Source of the DNA: Methanothrix sp.
GTDB taxonomy: Archaea > Halobacteriota > Methanosarcinia > Methanotrichales > Methanotrichaceae
DNA length: 64,000 nt
Assembly: GCA_963682135.1 (NCBI GenBank)
Contig: OY821645.1
Location: 1,600,001-1,664,000 of the forward strand
Direction: 5' to 3'
The translations under genes were made by a program, and so were the position numbers. Under the pieces are notes generated by a model. That model had not been told where the DNA came from and did no database searches. It worked only from the letters and a program-made list of their open reading frames with translations. How positions within the stretch are numbered: the stretch's first letter is position 1; every line of letters starts with the position of its first letter. Shown here in pieces: positions 39,007 through 49,322 of the stretch.

Positions 39007-39366
39007 TCACAGCACGCACTGTTGGCAGTCCTGGCATTCGCATTTGATGTTGGTAATCTTCCATTTCAGCGCCCATTGCTTCATATCCTTGACAATGTCT
39101 ATGATCTCAAGACCGCTCTCTGTGAGGATGTACTCGCTCTTCACGGGAAAGAGGGTGCTGTCCACTCTGTTCACCACCAGTCCTTCTTTTTCCAGCTCCC
39201 GCAGGCGCGCCGATAGCACCTTCTGGGTGATGCCGAAAAGGCAGTTTTTCAGCTCGGAAAAGCGCCTGGTGTGCCCTTCTCCCTTGTAAAGCTCCAGGAG
39301 AATGAGCAGTGTCCATTTTCGGGCGATGTACTTGACGGTCAGGTTTACAGTGCATCCTTCTTGCAT
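39007..39366 (-). CDS. HxlR-family (winged HTH) transcriptional regulator
   Basis: CTV...KWTLLILLEL, RRFSELK, ITQKVLSARLRELE, EYILT; Cys-rich tail CECQDCQQC. Confidence 0.88.
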   Translation of the reverse strand: MQEGCTVNLTVKYIARKWTLLILLELYKGEGHTRRFSELKNCLFGITQKVLSARLRELEKEGLVVNRVDSTLFPVKSEYILTESGLEIIDIVKDMKQWALKWKITNIKCECQDCQQCVL

Positions 39367-39401
39367 GGTATCTTTGCAGAAACGCTCTAGGCTAAATACT
39401 T

Positions 39402-39420
39402 TGGTATCTATTGTATACCA
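39402..39420. promoter_or_regulatory. Candidate HxlR-type operator
   Basis: Inverted repeat TGGTAT-N7-ATACCA between the divergent regulator and hcp. Confidence 0.5.
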
Positions 39421-39437
39421 TAGAAGAGGAAATAAAA

Positions 39438-40748
39438 ATGACAGCAATTGAGAAACCGGATATGTTCTGCTACCAGTGCTCCCAGACTGCAGGAGGCACT
39501 GGATGTACCATCAAAGGAGTCTGTGGAAAGGAAGCAATCGTAGCCCGTCTGCAAGACAACCTGCTCTTTGCCATCAAAGGCATCAGCGCCTATCTTTACC
39601 ATGCCCGGGAATTGGGCTACACCGATCCGGAGGTAGATGCTTTTATCGAGCGGGGCTTCTTCTCGACTCTTACTAATGTCAACTTCGATCCTCAGGAATT
39701 TCTCAGCCTGGCGGTGGAAGCTGGCAAGATGAACATCAAGACCATGCAGCTGCTCAAAAAAGCGCATATCGAGACCTTTGGCGAGCCAACCCCAACGCAG
39801 GTTCGCACCGGCACAGTCAAGGGCCACGGCATTCTGGTTACCGGCCACGATCTGCATGCTCTTGCCAGGCTCCTGAGCCAGGTAGAGGGCACAGACGTAT
39901 TTGTGTATACCCACTCAGAAATGCTGCCCGCTCATGGCTATCCAGGCTTGCGAAAGTACAGGAACCTGGCAGGAAACCTGGGAAAAGCCTGGTTCGACCA
40001 GAGAAAGCTCTTCACTCAGTATCCCATGGCTCTGCTGGGAACTTCCAACTGCTTCTTGATCCCCAAAGAGGAGTACAAAGATCGCATGTTCACGGGCGGA
40101 CCGGTTTACCTGCCAGGGGTAAAGCACATCGATGGATACGACTACTCTGAGGTGATCGCCATGGCCCGCTCGCTGCCCGCGCTGCCGGACGCGCCCGGCG
40201 ATTATGTGCTCACCACCGGCTTTTCCACCTCTGCGCTGCTCGCGCATGCCGCCAAGATCAAGCAGTTGGTTGAGCAGGGAAAGATCAAGAGATTCTTCCT
40301 GGTGGGCGGCTGTGATGCGCCCCTAAAAAAGTCGGACTATTACCGGGAGTTCGTGCAAAAGTTGCCTAAGGACACTGTGGTTCTCACCCTGGCTTGCGGC
40401 AAGTTCCGCTTCAACGACCTGGACCTGGGCAACATCGAGGGCATTCCCCGGCTTATCGATCTAGGCCAATGCAATGATGCTATCGTGGCCCTGGAGGTAG
40501 CCCAGGCCCTGGCAGGACTATTTGGCGTGGGCGTGAACGATCTGCCCCTCACATTGGTGGTAAGCTGGATGGAGCAAAAGGCGGTGGCCATTCTCTGGTC
40601 CTTGCTGGCGTTGGGAATCAAGGGCATCTACCTGGGGCCCATTGTGCCCGGCTGGATCAATGCGGATATGCTCAAGATACTGATTGACAAATACGAGATC
40701 AAGCTGATCAGCACACCGGATGAGGATATCAGGAAAATGATGGGATAG
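39438..40748 (+). CDS. hcp: Hybrid cluster protein (hydroxylamine reductase), short class III form
   Basis: MFCYQCSQT...[40 protein letters not shown]. Confidence 0.93.
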   Translation: MTAIEKPDMFCYQCSQTAGGTGCTIKGVCGKEAIVARLQDNLLFAIKGISAYLYHARELGYTDPEVDAFIERGFFSTLTNVNFDPQEFLSLAVEAGKMNIKTMQLLKKAHIETFGEPTPTQVRTGTVKGHGILVTGHDLHALARLLSQVEGTDVFVYTHSEMLPAHGYPGLRKYRNLAGNLGKAWFDQRKLFTQYPMALLGTSNCFLIPKEEYKDRMFTGGPVYLPGVKHIDGYDYSEVIAMARSLPALPDAPGDYVLTTGFSTSALLAHAAKIKQLVEQGKIKRFFLVGGCDAPLKKSDYYREFVQKLPKDTVVLTLACGKFRFNDLDLGNIEGIPRLIDLGQCNDAIVALEVAQALAGLFGVGVNDLPLTLVVSWMEQKAVAILWSLLALGIKGIYLGPIVPGWINADMLKILIDKYEIKLISTPDEDIRKMMG

Positions 40749-40909
40749 AGAGCGCTGGTGCATGCTCAACTCATTTATTTTTTAGTATTATTCATATTAT
40801 CACAACAGCCCGCTAGGCTTCGCAAAGTCATCCCTTCGTATCAGCGTCTACCTAATACAAAGGATGAAATATAGGTTGCACATATTTTCTTCTTGGAGGG
40901 AGAAATTAT

Positions 40910-41137
40910 ATGGAAACACAGACTCTAATTAACAAGTACCCACTTATCGGTAGAACAATTACGGCAAATACTTTAGATGGAAAAACAATCACGGGCAAAC
41001 TCACAGAAGTTGAATCGAATTGGCTCACGATAATGGATGAGACAAAGTTATTCTTTGTGGCCCACTCTGCCATTGCATGTTTGTCAGCTGATAATATTGG
41101 CTTAAAAATCTTGCCCCAGACACCTCTTAAAAAATAG
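40910..41137 (+). CDS. Small Sm/Hfq-like fold protein (putative)
   Basis: GGAGG RBS; LIGRTITANTLDGKTITGKLTEVE...LFFVAHSAI pattern. Confidence 0.6.
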   Translation: METQTLINKYPLIGRTITANTLDGKTITGKLTEVESNWLTIMDETKLFFVAHSAIACLSADNIGLKILPQTPLKK

Positions 41138-41456
41138 GAGACATAATCCTCATCCATTTTAAGAGACTTCCAGGGCATAAAATATATATGTGACTGCCTC
41201 ACCACATCCCTGAGGCCAAAGGCTCAACAATTAACCCCGCCCAATTGAACACATTCAGCCACCACAATCGTCTATATCTTTCAAAGGCACCAATAAATAA
41301 GACGGAGAAGATGGTGACCTCTATGATAAGAGGCTCTGGCTGAATTGAGATGTCACCTGGCTCTAAATTTTTCTTGATGTTTCTTCTGCATCTTTGCTTC
41401 GCAGGCCGGCGCGCAAGAGTTATAAAATTATGCAGACTGGCGCCGGACGGGCGTCC

Positions 41457-42683
41457 TCATTCCGCCCGCAGCGCCTCGATGGGATCAAGCCTAGCCGCCC
41501 GGTTGGCCGGATAGACCCCGGCGATGGTGGTGGTGACCACCCCGAAGAGCACGCCGAGCACGATGGACTGGGCGGTTATGGCCGACGGTAGTGATGCCAG
41601 CGATCCGATGAGATAAGACACTGTCACCCCCAGCACAATGCCGATTACACTGGAAACTGCTCCCAGTACGCCTGCTTCCAGAAGGTACTGCATGCGAATA
41701 TCTCTGGTGGTCGCGCCCAGCGCCTTCATGACGCCGATCTCTCTGATCCTCTCTTTTACGGTGAGCATCATTACATTGGCAATGCCAATTCCGCCTACCA
41801 GCAGTGAGATAGCCCCGATGCCTGCCAGGGCGTATTTGATCATTGACAGTACGCTCATGAGCGAAGAGAGCATATCTCGCGCCGTGGTGGCGTCATATGC
41901 TTCATCTTTGTGGTACCTCTTCAGGTCGTTCTTGATCTTTTCAATGATGCTCTCCACCTGCTCCGGATCGTAAACGGTCACTTGGAAGTTGCCGTAGTAG
42001 TAATTGTCCCCACCCTTCAGCTCCTCCATGGCCTTATGAGTGACGTACATAACATCATCCGCATTGCTTCCCGGACCGCCAAAAGATGTCTGTTCCGCCT
42101 TTTGCAGGACACCTACCACCTTGAAGTCCATGTAGCGATCTTCATAGTACAGGCGAATCTTATTTCCCGGCGTGACCTTCATGCGGAATAAGTCATTAGA
42201 TACACCGTATCCGATGACTATCGACTTGTAGTCGGAGCCTGTGAGAAACCTTCCTTGTGACACCTCATCCTTGAGGTCCTCCTCTTTGTCAGGGTCCACT
42301 CCGGTGAGGCTGGCAGAGGAGTTGGTATTTCTAAAGGCTACCACTACATTTGCGGAACTTCGCGGAGCGACGTTTTTCACACCCACCACGTTCTCCAGGA
42401 CCTTGGTGTCTTTATCGGTAAACTTGGCAGGCTCTGCCGGATTTCGGTTGGCATTGTCGCTGCCGGGGCCGCCGAAATGGGCACTTCCCGGCATGACACG
42501 AATCATATCCAGATCGAGGGTAGAGAATTGCGAAGAGACCCCTGAGTAAAGCCCCTCGCCAACCGATAGCATAACCACTATGGCCATGACTCCGATGATT
42601 ATTCCCAGGGAGGACATGAGCGTCTTGAAGCGGTCGGCCTTAAAGCCGACGGCAATAAACTCCAGGATGTCAGGAAGATTCAT
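41457..42683 (-). CDS. ABC transporter permease, MacB/FtsX family
   Basis: LGIIIGV, ISLLVGGIGIANVM, ERIREIGVMKALGA, YPANRAARLDP. Confidence 0.93.
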   Translation of the reverse strand: MNLPDILEFIAVGFKADRFKTLMSSLGIIIGVMAIVVMLSVGEGLYSGVSSQFSTLDLDMIRVMPGSAHFGGPGSDNANRNPAEPAKFTDKDTKVLENVVGVKNVAPRSSANVVVAFRNTNSSASLTGVDPDKEEDLKDEVSQGRFLTGSDYKSIVIGYGVSNDLFRMKVTPGNKIRLYYEDRYMDFKVVGVLQKAEQTSFGGPGSNADDVMYVTHKAMEELKGGDNYYYGNFQVTVYDPEQVESIIEKIKNDLKRYHKDEAYDATTARDMLSSLMSVLSMIKYALAGIGAISLLVGGIGIANVMMLTVKERIREIGVMKALGATTRDIRMQYLLEAGVLGAVSSVIGIVLGVTVSYLIGSLASLPSAITAQSIVLGVLFGVVTTTIAGVYPANRAARLDPIEALRAE

Positions 42684-42695
42684 CAGTCATCGTCC

Positions 42696-43610
42696 CTAAA
42701 GCGCCCGACTATCTTTTTGAGATTTTCCATTGCTGCAGTTGTTCTTGCCGTTTAGCTTTCGTCTGCGATACAGATAACCGCCGGCGATGAGCACAATTAC
42801 GATCGCGGCGCTGGCAGGCAGAAGGTAGCTACTCTGGCTGTTCGCAGCCTTGGGCGGAGTGTATGTGGTGACATAGGCCTGAGAGTTATGCCAGTTGTCG
42901 CCGTTCTTGAACTTGGCAATAAAGCTCAGGTTTATCGGGCCACTCAGAGTCTTTGTTGCATCTTCCGATGCTATGCCAAAGCTTATGGTGAAGACCTCGT
43001 CCGGGTCCATGGTACCGATGTAATACTCATCCGGCGAGAAGACGATTCCCTTAGCAGAAGGCATAATGGTAACTGCATTGAGGGTGTTTTCTCTGGGATT
43101 GGCCACATTGAGGTTGAAGTTGGATGCATCGGTCTCAGCTCGGGCCATGCTTACTGCGGTCTCATCTACCTTGAGAGGAATCTCCCGATTGATGGTGGTC
43201 ATATCATATCCGCCTGAAACCCGGAAATCGAGGAGATGTGTCCCGCTGCTGATGTTGTCTGCGGCTTTGACCTTGTAGTAGACTGCGATCTTATCGCTGG
43301 GACCGATCATCCCCAGGTCGCTGCGCTCTTCCGTCAGAACCTTCAGCTCCGGTGTGCTCTTCAGAGTAGTTCTGTTGAGGGGCGTGGAGAGCAGCGTGCC
43401 CGTTGCTGAACTTCCTGCGCCGGCGTCTTTGCCGGCTCCGTAGGAGGCGGCTCCGTTGGACATTTCAATGGCCACTATAGCCTCGTCTCCAGGCAGGAGT
43501 ACAGCAGGAGTCATGGTGGCCTTTATGTTCACAGGCATGTGGTACTCATAAGATGATGCCAGGCCTGCAGCAAGCAGGATAAATAATAATATTGAAATTA
43601 TTTTTTTCAT
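42696..43610 (-). CDS. COG1361-like exported, C-terminally anchored accessory protein
   Basis: Signal peptide, Ig-like repeats (LGMIGPSD, IGTMDPDE), C-terminal TM + RRRK. Confidence 0.75.
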   Translation of the reverse strand: MKKIISILLFILLAAGLASSYEYHMPVNIKATMTPAVLLPGDEAIVAIEMSNGAASYGAGKDAGAGSSATGTLLSTPLNRTTLKSTPELKVLTEERSDLGMIGPSDKIAVYYKVKAADNISSGTHLLDFRVSGGYDMTTINREIPLKVDETAVSMARAETDASNFNLNVANPRENTLNAVTIMPSAKGIVFSPDEYYIGTMDPDEVFTISFGIASEDATKTLSGPINLSFIAKFKNGDNWHNSQAYVTTYTPPKAANSQSSYLLPASAAIVIVLIAGGYLYRRRKLNGKNNCSNGKSQKDSRAL

Positions 43611-44302
43611 GATGCGGTCTCCAGAATGCGTCCGTCTCTAAGCCTGATGACGCGACTGCAGTTCTCAGTGATCTCTGGATTATGGGTGACCATAATTATG
43701 GTTCTGCCCTCTTGGTTCAGATTGCTCAGGATTTTCATGACTTCATTGCTGTTTTTGAGGTCCAGGTTTCCGGTGGGCTCATCGGCAATAATTATCTTGG
43801 GATCATTGGCCAGGGCCCGGGCAATGGCCACCCTCTGCCTCTCTCCTCCGGAGATGTTCTGCGGGCTGAAATTAATGCGATGGGCAATACCTACCGATTC
43901 CAGGAGCCTGAGAGCCCGGTCCTTGCGCTTCTCACGAGAGACACCGCTAAGCATCATGGGGACCTCCACGTTCTTTAGAACGCTGATTCTGCCTATGAGA
44001 TTGAAGGTCTGGAAGATGAATCCCAGCTCCACTCTTCTGATGCGGGCCAACTCATCATCCGATGTCAGGCTGATGTCCTGGCGCTGGAGCAGGAAGCGAC
44101 CGCTTGAGGGGCGGTCCAGACAGCCCACAATGTTCATGAGAGTGGATTTGCCGCTGCCGGATGGCCCCATGAGAGCAATGAACTCACCCTCTTCTATCTG
44201 CAAATTAATGCCCTTGAGAACGGCAAACTCGCTCTCACCGATGCGAAAGATCTTTTGGATGTCTTCCAGCTCGATAACTTTTGAAATGATGGTCACCTTC
44301 AT
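43607..44302 (-). CDS. ABC transporter ATP-binding protein (LolD/MacB type)
   Basis: GPSGSGKST, ISGGERQRVAIARAL, ADEPTGNLD. Confidence 0.95.
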   Translation of the reverse strand: MKVTIISKVIELEDIQKIFRIGESEFAVLKGINLQIEEGEFIALMGPSGSGKSTLMNIVGCLDRPSSGRFLLQRQDISLTSDDELARIRRVELGFIFQTFNLIGRISVLKNVEVPMMLSGVSREKRKDRALRLLESVGIAHRINFSPQNISGGERQRVAIARALANDPKIIIADEPTGNLDLKNSNEVMKILSNLNQEGRTIIMVTHNPEITENCSRVIRLRDGRILETAS

Positions 44303-44485
44303 AGCTGCAATCTAATTGCTGGCTTCTTGATAATTATAGTGCCGTCGCCAAGCTGATCTATGGCAAGCTTATCTCCCGCATTCAGATCCAGCTTAAATCT
44401 TATATCAAAGGGAAGCAGCACTTTACCGTTGGCATCCATTTTTGTAATTGTCATCACATCAACTTTTTGCTTTTCCTATTTTGTT

Positions 44486-44704
44486 TCAGGAATCTTCTTC
44501 CAGTTTCTTCCAGATCGTCAGACCATGATTGTTCTGTGTCAAGATAAATCCCAGCTCTCTTAGTTCTAATCTGGCTTGCTGAGGACTCAGTCCACAGGCT
44601 TGTGCTACACGCTTTAGTTCTCCTCGATCAAGGATCTGACCCCGTAAACATGGCTTATGTTTTAAGTATTCTCTGATCGCTTTCATGTTTCGATCTCCTA
44701 TCAT
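44486..44704 (-). CDS. Small basic hypothetical protein
   Basis: 72-aa ORF (or 66 aa from MKAIR after GGAGA); TATA-like element upstream. Confidence 0.55.
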   Translation of the reverse strand: MIGDRNMKAIREYLKHKPCLRGQILDRGELKRVAQACGLSPQQARLELRELGFILTQNNHGLTIWKKLEEDS

Positions 44705-45223
44705 CAGGTCCTTTGCTGTAATGACTGGTCCACCCCTGCATGGAACGATATATAATAACTGAGCCGAACGAACTGCTAATTTCGTGTGGATGTCATATCG
44801 GCAAATTCTTCATTGATTGTTCATTTTTGTAGCAAAAGACCAGAGATGGTTCGAATAGCCATATTGCGGCCTTGGCTCAACAATAAGGACAAACAACTCG
44901 AAAATTATATCTGTATGGCCAAAATAGTCCAATACATTAACGCACGATAAGATCCATTATGCAACAAAATGACTTAAGACGCACTTGCGACAGCGAGAAT
45001 GTGCATTACTCTTAAAACTAAGGCCGTAAAATATCGCAACCTGGTTGCTATTGAGACCATCGGCATCTTACTTTTCATATGAACTGAACTATTTGGGCAT
45101 CATTCGAGGCAAAAGGAACCATCTGCCGAGAAATATCGCTATAAATGCCTTAGTTCGTTCGGTTATAGTTTCTTATAATATAAGTTATCATATTTGATCT
45201 ATATAATTAGTAGGTGGTTCGAA

Positions 45224-45883
45224 ATGAAGATCAAGATATTCATTGCCATGCTCTGCCTAATTAGCACGAATTGGACAATTGCCTTTGCCGCCAGTGAAAC
45301 GATCGAACTGGGGACCGCTCGCATCTCTTTGGAGCTGGAAAGCCTGGGACCTTTCTCAGTAGAAAGGGGCGAAACCACTTCCATGGTTCATAAGAATCCG
45401 GATTTCCAGTACGATATCAATTCTGCTATCATAAATGTTGATGGCTCTCCTCATCAAGTGCAAATCGAGGTCCACCAGATGAGCCTGTCACAGCCGCTTT
45501 TCAGTCCCATCTCAAATGAGGAGAAAGACGGTGGTGCAGGCAAAATTGGCGGCTACTTAAAGGGGCTGATCTCTTATCTTCCAAGTCCAAAATCAGATGA
45601 GATGTCGGCTCGCAGGGAGAACATCAGCGGCCTGGAACACTGCCTGGAGATGTCTAATTTGATCCCCCGAGGAGAAGCCATTCAGACGCAGGCCTATACT
45701 ATCGACAAGCGAGAAGGCCTCATAGCCACTATTGACCGCGACCTGGAGGGGCCGAGATACATTGTGGCCTATAGCCCGGATGCGCAGAATGGATCCGGAA
45801 CCACTGTATGTGTTGTCGGATCTGATTTCCCCAGGAATGATACCGAGAAATTATTTAACTCTGTAGATGTGGAACTCGTTTAG
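45224..45883 (+). CDS. Hypothetical secreted protein
   Basis: AGGTGG RBS, signal peptide AFA-A, TIDKREGLI motif. Confidence 0.7.
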   Translation: MKIKIFIAMLCLISTNWTIAFAASETIELGTARISLELESLGPFSVERGETTSMVHKNPDFQYDINSAIINVDGSPHQVQIEVHQMSLSQPLFSPISNEEKDGGAGKIGGYLKGLISYLPSPKSDEMSARRENISGLEHCLEMSNLIPRGEAIQTQAYTIDKREGLIATIDRDLEGPRYIVAYSPDAQNGSGTTVCVVGSDFPRNDTEKLFNSVDVELV

Positions 45884-45910
45884 GACAAGGTGGCTTTTTT
45901 TGCGAATCCA

Positions 45911-47227
45911 TTATAAATTTCCCTCCGATTTTATAATTTTCAGGAATTCCATAACTGAATATGCCGATCGATTGACGCCAGCACTTCTCTTAGTGGTATC
46001 GGTGCCCACACAGTACAGGTTCTTTATGGGAGTTTTTATCTCTCCAAAACCGCAATTTATGCCCCATGATGCTTTTTCAGGTATCAATTCCTGGTAATGT
46101 ATCATATCGATATGCTTTTCGATATCAGGTATGTTATCAACTATCGTTTGAAATGCCTTCTTCTTTATTGTTGATGCATCATAACTGCCTGGCAAGGTAA
46201 ATGCGAAACCTACCAGCTGATTTCCTTTGGGTGCCAGTGTAGGGTCGTAATTTGAGGTCGGGATTACCCAGGCATATGGATCGGAGTCGACCCACATCTC
46301 TGAGCCATAATTGTTGAAGATTTTTTTGGTCAGGCCCAGCCAAATGGAGAGGGAATTGACTCTCTTTATGGACCCTAAATTTTTGGTGTATTCGATGGGC
46401 AGGTTATCAATCAGATTGGGCAGATCGGATGAAAATCCGGAATAAACGACGGTATGGCAGTCAAAGCAGTCTTCCGAGGTCATCACGCTTTCAACTCGCT
46501 CGCCGCATTCTATCTTTTTCACGGCAACATTGGTCTTAATCTCCACATGATCTTTGGGAAATGATTCTACTATAGAGCTTACTATGGATTGCAGACCGCC
46601 TTTGGGGTATCCTTGATCAGTGGCACCTTCCTTTATAAACAGGTCATACAATTTACCCACATAGGGAACCGATCTAGGATTATTGGTCTTATTGTCTACG
46701 AATCGAGAGATAGGCGCATTTTCTATGGATGTTCCAACCATAAAATAGCATAGCCAATCCAGAAATCGTCGCGTCGTTATGGAGACTTTGTTGGGAAGTA
46801 TTTGAGATAGAGTGATATCGGAAAAATCCTTGCCGGCGTTTTTCAGATACATGATATTAAACAGCGCCCTCATCAAGAGCAATCTGTCTGTCATGGGAAG
46901 CAGCCCGAAAGTCAGCCAGGAATTGATGCTCCATGGAAATGGTTTTATTTCGCTACCTATTTTTACATAATATTTTCCTGCCGGCACAAATTGGGGAACT
47001 ATTTTGAAATATCTATCCATCAGTTCCTTGAGCGGGCCGTTTTCCAGCCTAGTTATGATGTGTGGTCCGGTATCGACACGATAGCCTAATACATCATAAG
47101 AGCGGCAGACTCCGCCAATGTAACTCTCTTTCTCTAGAATCATTACCTTTTTGCCCTCTCTAGAAAGCGCCAGAGCTGACAATAAGCCACTGATTCCGGA
47201 ACCAATCACAATGACATCTTTTTTCAT
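45911..47227 (-). CDS. FAD-dependent oxidoreductase (phytoene dehydrogenase-like)
   Basis: VIVIGSGISGL, EKESYIGG, DTGPH, YPKGG, TPIKNLYCVG. Confidence 0.88.
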   Translation of the reverse strand: MKKDVIVIGSGISGLLSALALSREGKKVMILEKESYIGGVCRSYDVLGYRVDTGPHIITRLENGPLKELMDRYFKIVPQFVPAGKYYVKIGSEIKPFPWSINSWLTFGLLPMTDRLLLMRALFNIMYLKNAGKDFSDITLSQILPNKVSITTRRFLDWLCYFMVGTSIENAPISRFVDNKTNNPRSVPYVGKLYDLFIKEGATDQGYPKGGLQSIVSSIVESFPKDHVEIKTNVAVKKIECGERVESVMTSEDCFDCHTVVYSGFSSDLPNLIDNLPIEYTKNLGSIKRVNSLSIWLGLTKKIFNNYGSEMWVDSDPYAWVIPTSNYDPTLAPKGNQLVGFAFTLPGSYDASTIKKKAFQTIVDNIPDIEKHIDMIHYQELIPEKASWGINCGFGEIKTPIKNLYCVGTDTTKRSAGVNRSAYSVMEFLKIIKSEGNL

Positions 47228-47616
47228 GATTCCCCTAACATATGCCCTCAAGAATCTGTCGTATTCTCTCCATCTTCTAGAAAGCACCCCGCCAAGATAA
47301 TAATAATGCTAGTGACATGGTTATCTCATTTCCTCAATCCATTTCCTAAATTCATTTCCCGAATCATTTCGCGTATTCTTTCGCGAGAATTATTAAGGCT
47401 TTTGGCTTTGCCGGGCCTCATATAAATTTGGCAGATTAGTTGACATGCGATGGAAACACAATACCAAAACACCCACCGGCTAAAAAACCCGGCGCTCGAT
47501 CAGACCGCCCTGGTGGTTGGCAAAAAGAGCCTTTATATCTGATAAGGTGATCCTTAGGGCCTTGTACATTTGGATAACGGATGCGAGCATGCAGATGGTT
47601 AAATGCGTGGGATGAC

Positions 47617-47898
47617 ATGATCACCAGGGAAGACGTAGAACACATCAGCTGGCTTGCCAGCATCAAGGTCGAGGATGAAGAGAAAGATGGATTAGTGGAG
47701 CATTTCAACACCATTCTGGAGTACTTCCACCAGCTGGATGAGGTGGACACAGAGGGAGTAAAGCCCACCTACCGCGTGGTAGATCTGGCTAATATCTTTC
47801 GAGAGGATGCTGCCTATGATTCACTCTCCCAGGAGCAAGCGCTCGATAATGCGCCGCGCACGGAAAATGGCTACTTTAAGAGCCCCAGGATTGTGTAA
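47617..47898 (+). CDS. gatC: Asp/Glu-tRNA amidotransferase subunit C
   Basis: ITREDVEHISWLA, LDEVDTEGV, REDA, NAP, FKSPRIV. Confidence 0.93.
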   Translation: MITREDVEHISWLASIKVEDEEKDGLVEHFNTILEYFHQLDEVDTEGVKPTYRVVDLANIFREDAAYDSLSQEQALDNAPRTENGYFKSPRIV

Positions 47899-47900
47899 TC

Positions 47901-49322
47901 ATGCTCCCCGAATTAAAGGCCAGGCTCCAAGGCGAATCATGTGAGGAATATCTTTGCCGACTCTTTGAGAAGATCGAGAAGAGTTCGCTCAATGCTTTCA
48001 CCACCTTAGCCAAAGATAGCGCACTGCTGGAGGCAAAGAAGTTCGACAAGAATCCCGGCAAGGGCCTTCTCGCAGGAGTGCCAATCGCCATCAAAGAGTG
48101 CATCTCAACCAAGGGAATTGAGACCAATTGCAGCTCTCGAATATTGCGCGGCTATATCCCGCCTTACGATGCCCATGTTATTGAACGACTCAAGGCGCAG
48201 GGAGCTATCATCATGGGCAAGACCAACATGGACGAGTTTGCCATGGGCACATCCACCGAGACAAGTTGCTTTGGACCGACAAAAAATCCCTGGGATCATA
48301 CCTGTGTTCCAGGCGGATCCAGCGGCGGCAGCGCGGCAGTGGTGGCGGGAGGCGAAGCCCCCTGTGCTTTGGGATCGGATACGGGCGGATCGGTGCGCTG
48401 TCCAGCTTCCTTTTGCGGCATTGTGGGACTCAAGCCCACCTATGGTTTAGTCTCACGCTACGGCCTGGTGGCCTATGCCAACTCCCTGGAGCAGATCGGC
48501 CCGCTCACCCATACGGTAGAGGATACCGCTCTTCTCATGGATGTCATATCCGGGCACGATGAGAGGGATTCCACGTCTGCTCAGGGGCTGAATCGCAGCA
48601 GCTATCTGTCCGGCCTGCAAAGCAGCGTGGCTGGCCTGAAGATCGGCATTCCCAAAGAGTATTTTGGAGAGGGCGTGAACAAGGATGTAGAGAAAGCTGT
48701 CTGGGAGGCGATTCACACTCTGGAGTCTCTGGGCGCCACCTGGCAGGAGGTTAGCCTGCCCCATACCCGCTATGCTCTGGCGGCCTACTACGTCATCGCC
48801 ATGAGCGAGGCTTCGTCCAACTTAGCCCGCTTCGACGGTCTGCGCTATGGCTCCAGGCAGGGCGAGGACAAAGATTGGCATACCACCTTCTCGGCCATTC
48901 GCGCCCAGGGCTTCGGCCCGGAGGTTAAAAGGCGGATAATCTTGGGGACATATGCCCTCTCCGCCGGCTACTACGGACGATACTATCTCAAAGCTCTCCA
49001 GGTGAGGACGCTGATCAAGGAGGACTTCTTGCATGCTTTCAAGGATGTAGATATTCTGGCCAGTCCGACCATGCCTATTCCTGCCTTCAAGATCGGAGAG
49101 CGCATCAATGATCCGCTGTCGCTTTACATGGCAGATGTCTTCACCGTGCCCATCAATCTGGCAGGCGTGCCGGCCATATCCGTTCCCTGCGGTTTATCAG
49201 GAAAGCTGCCCATCGGCTTGCAGCTTATGGGGCCGCACTTCGGTGAGGCGGCGGTGCTGCGGGCCGCGGCTGCCTTTGAGGCGGCCACGCCCTTCCATGA
49301 GGCAAAACCGGAGGTGATCTAG
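47901..49322 (+). CDS. gatA: Asp/Glu-tRNA amidotransferase subunit A
   Basis: [43 protein letters not shown]. Confidence 0.96.
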   Translation: MLPELKARLQGESCEEYLCRLFEKIEKSSLNAFTTLAKDSALLEAKKFDKNPGKGLLAGVPIAIKECISTKGIETNCSSRILRGYIPPYDAHVIERLKAQGAIIMGKTNMDEFAMGTSTETSCFGPTKNPWDHTCVPGGSSGGSAAVVAGGEAPCALGSDTGGSVRCPASFCGIVGLKPTYGLVSRYGLVAYANSLEQIGPLTHTVEDTALLMDVISGHDERDSTSAQGLNRSSYLSGLQSSVAGLKIGIPKEYFGEGVNKDVEKAVWEAIHTLESLGATWQEVSLPHTRYALAAYYVIAMSEASSNLARFDGLRYGSRQGEDKDWHTTFSAIRAQGFGPEVKRRIILGTYALSAGYYGRYYLKALQVRTLIKEDFLHAFKDVDILASPTMPIPAFKIGERINDPLSLYMADVFTVPINLAGVPAISVPCGLSGKLPIGLQLMGPHFGEAAVLRAAAAFEAATPFHEAKPEVI

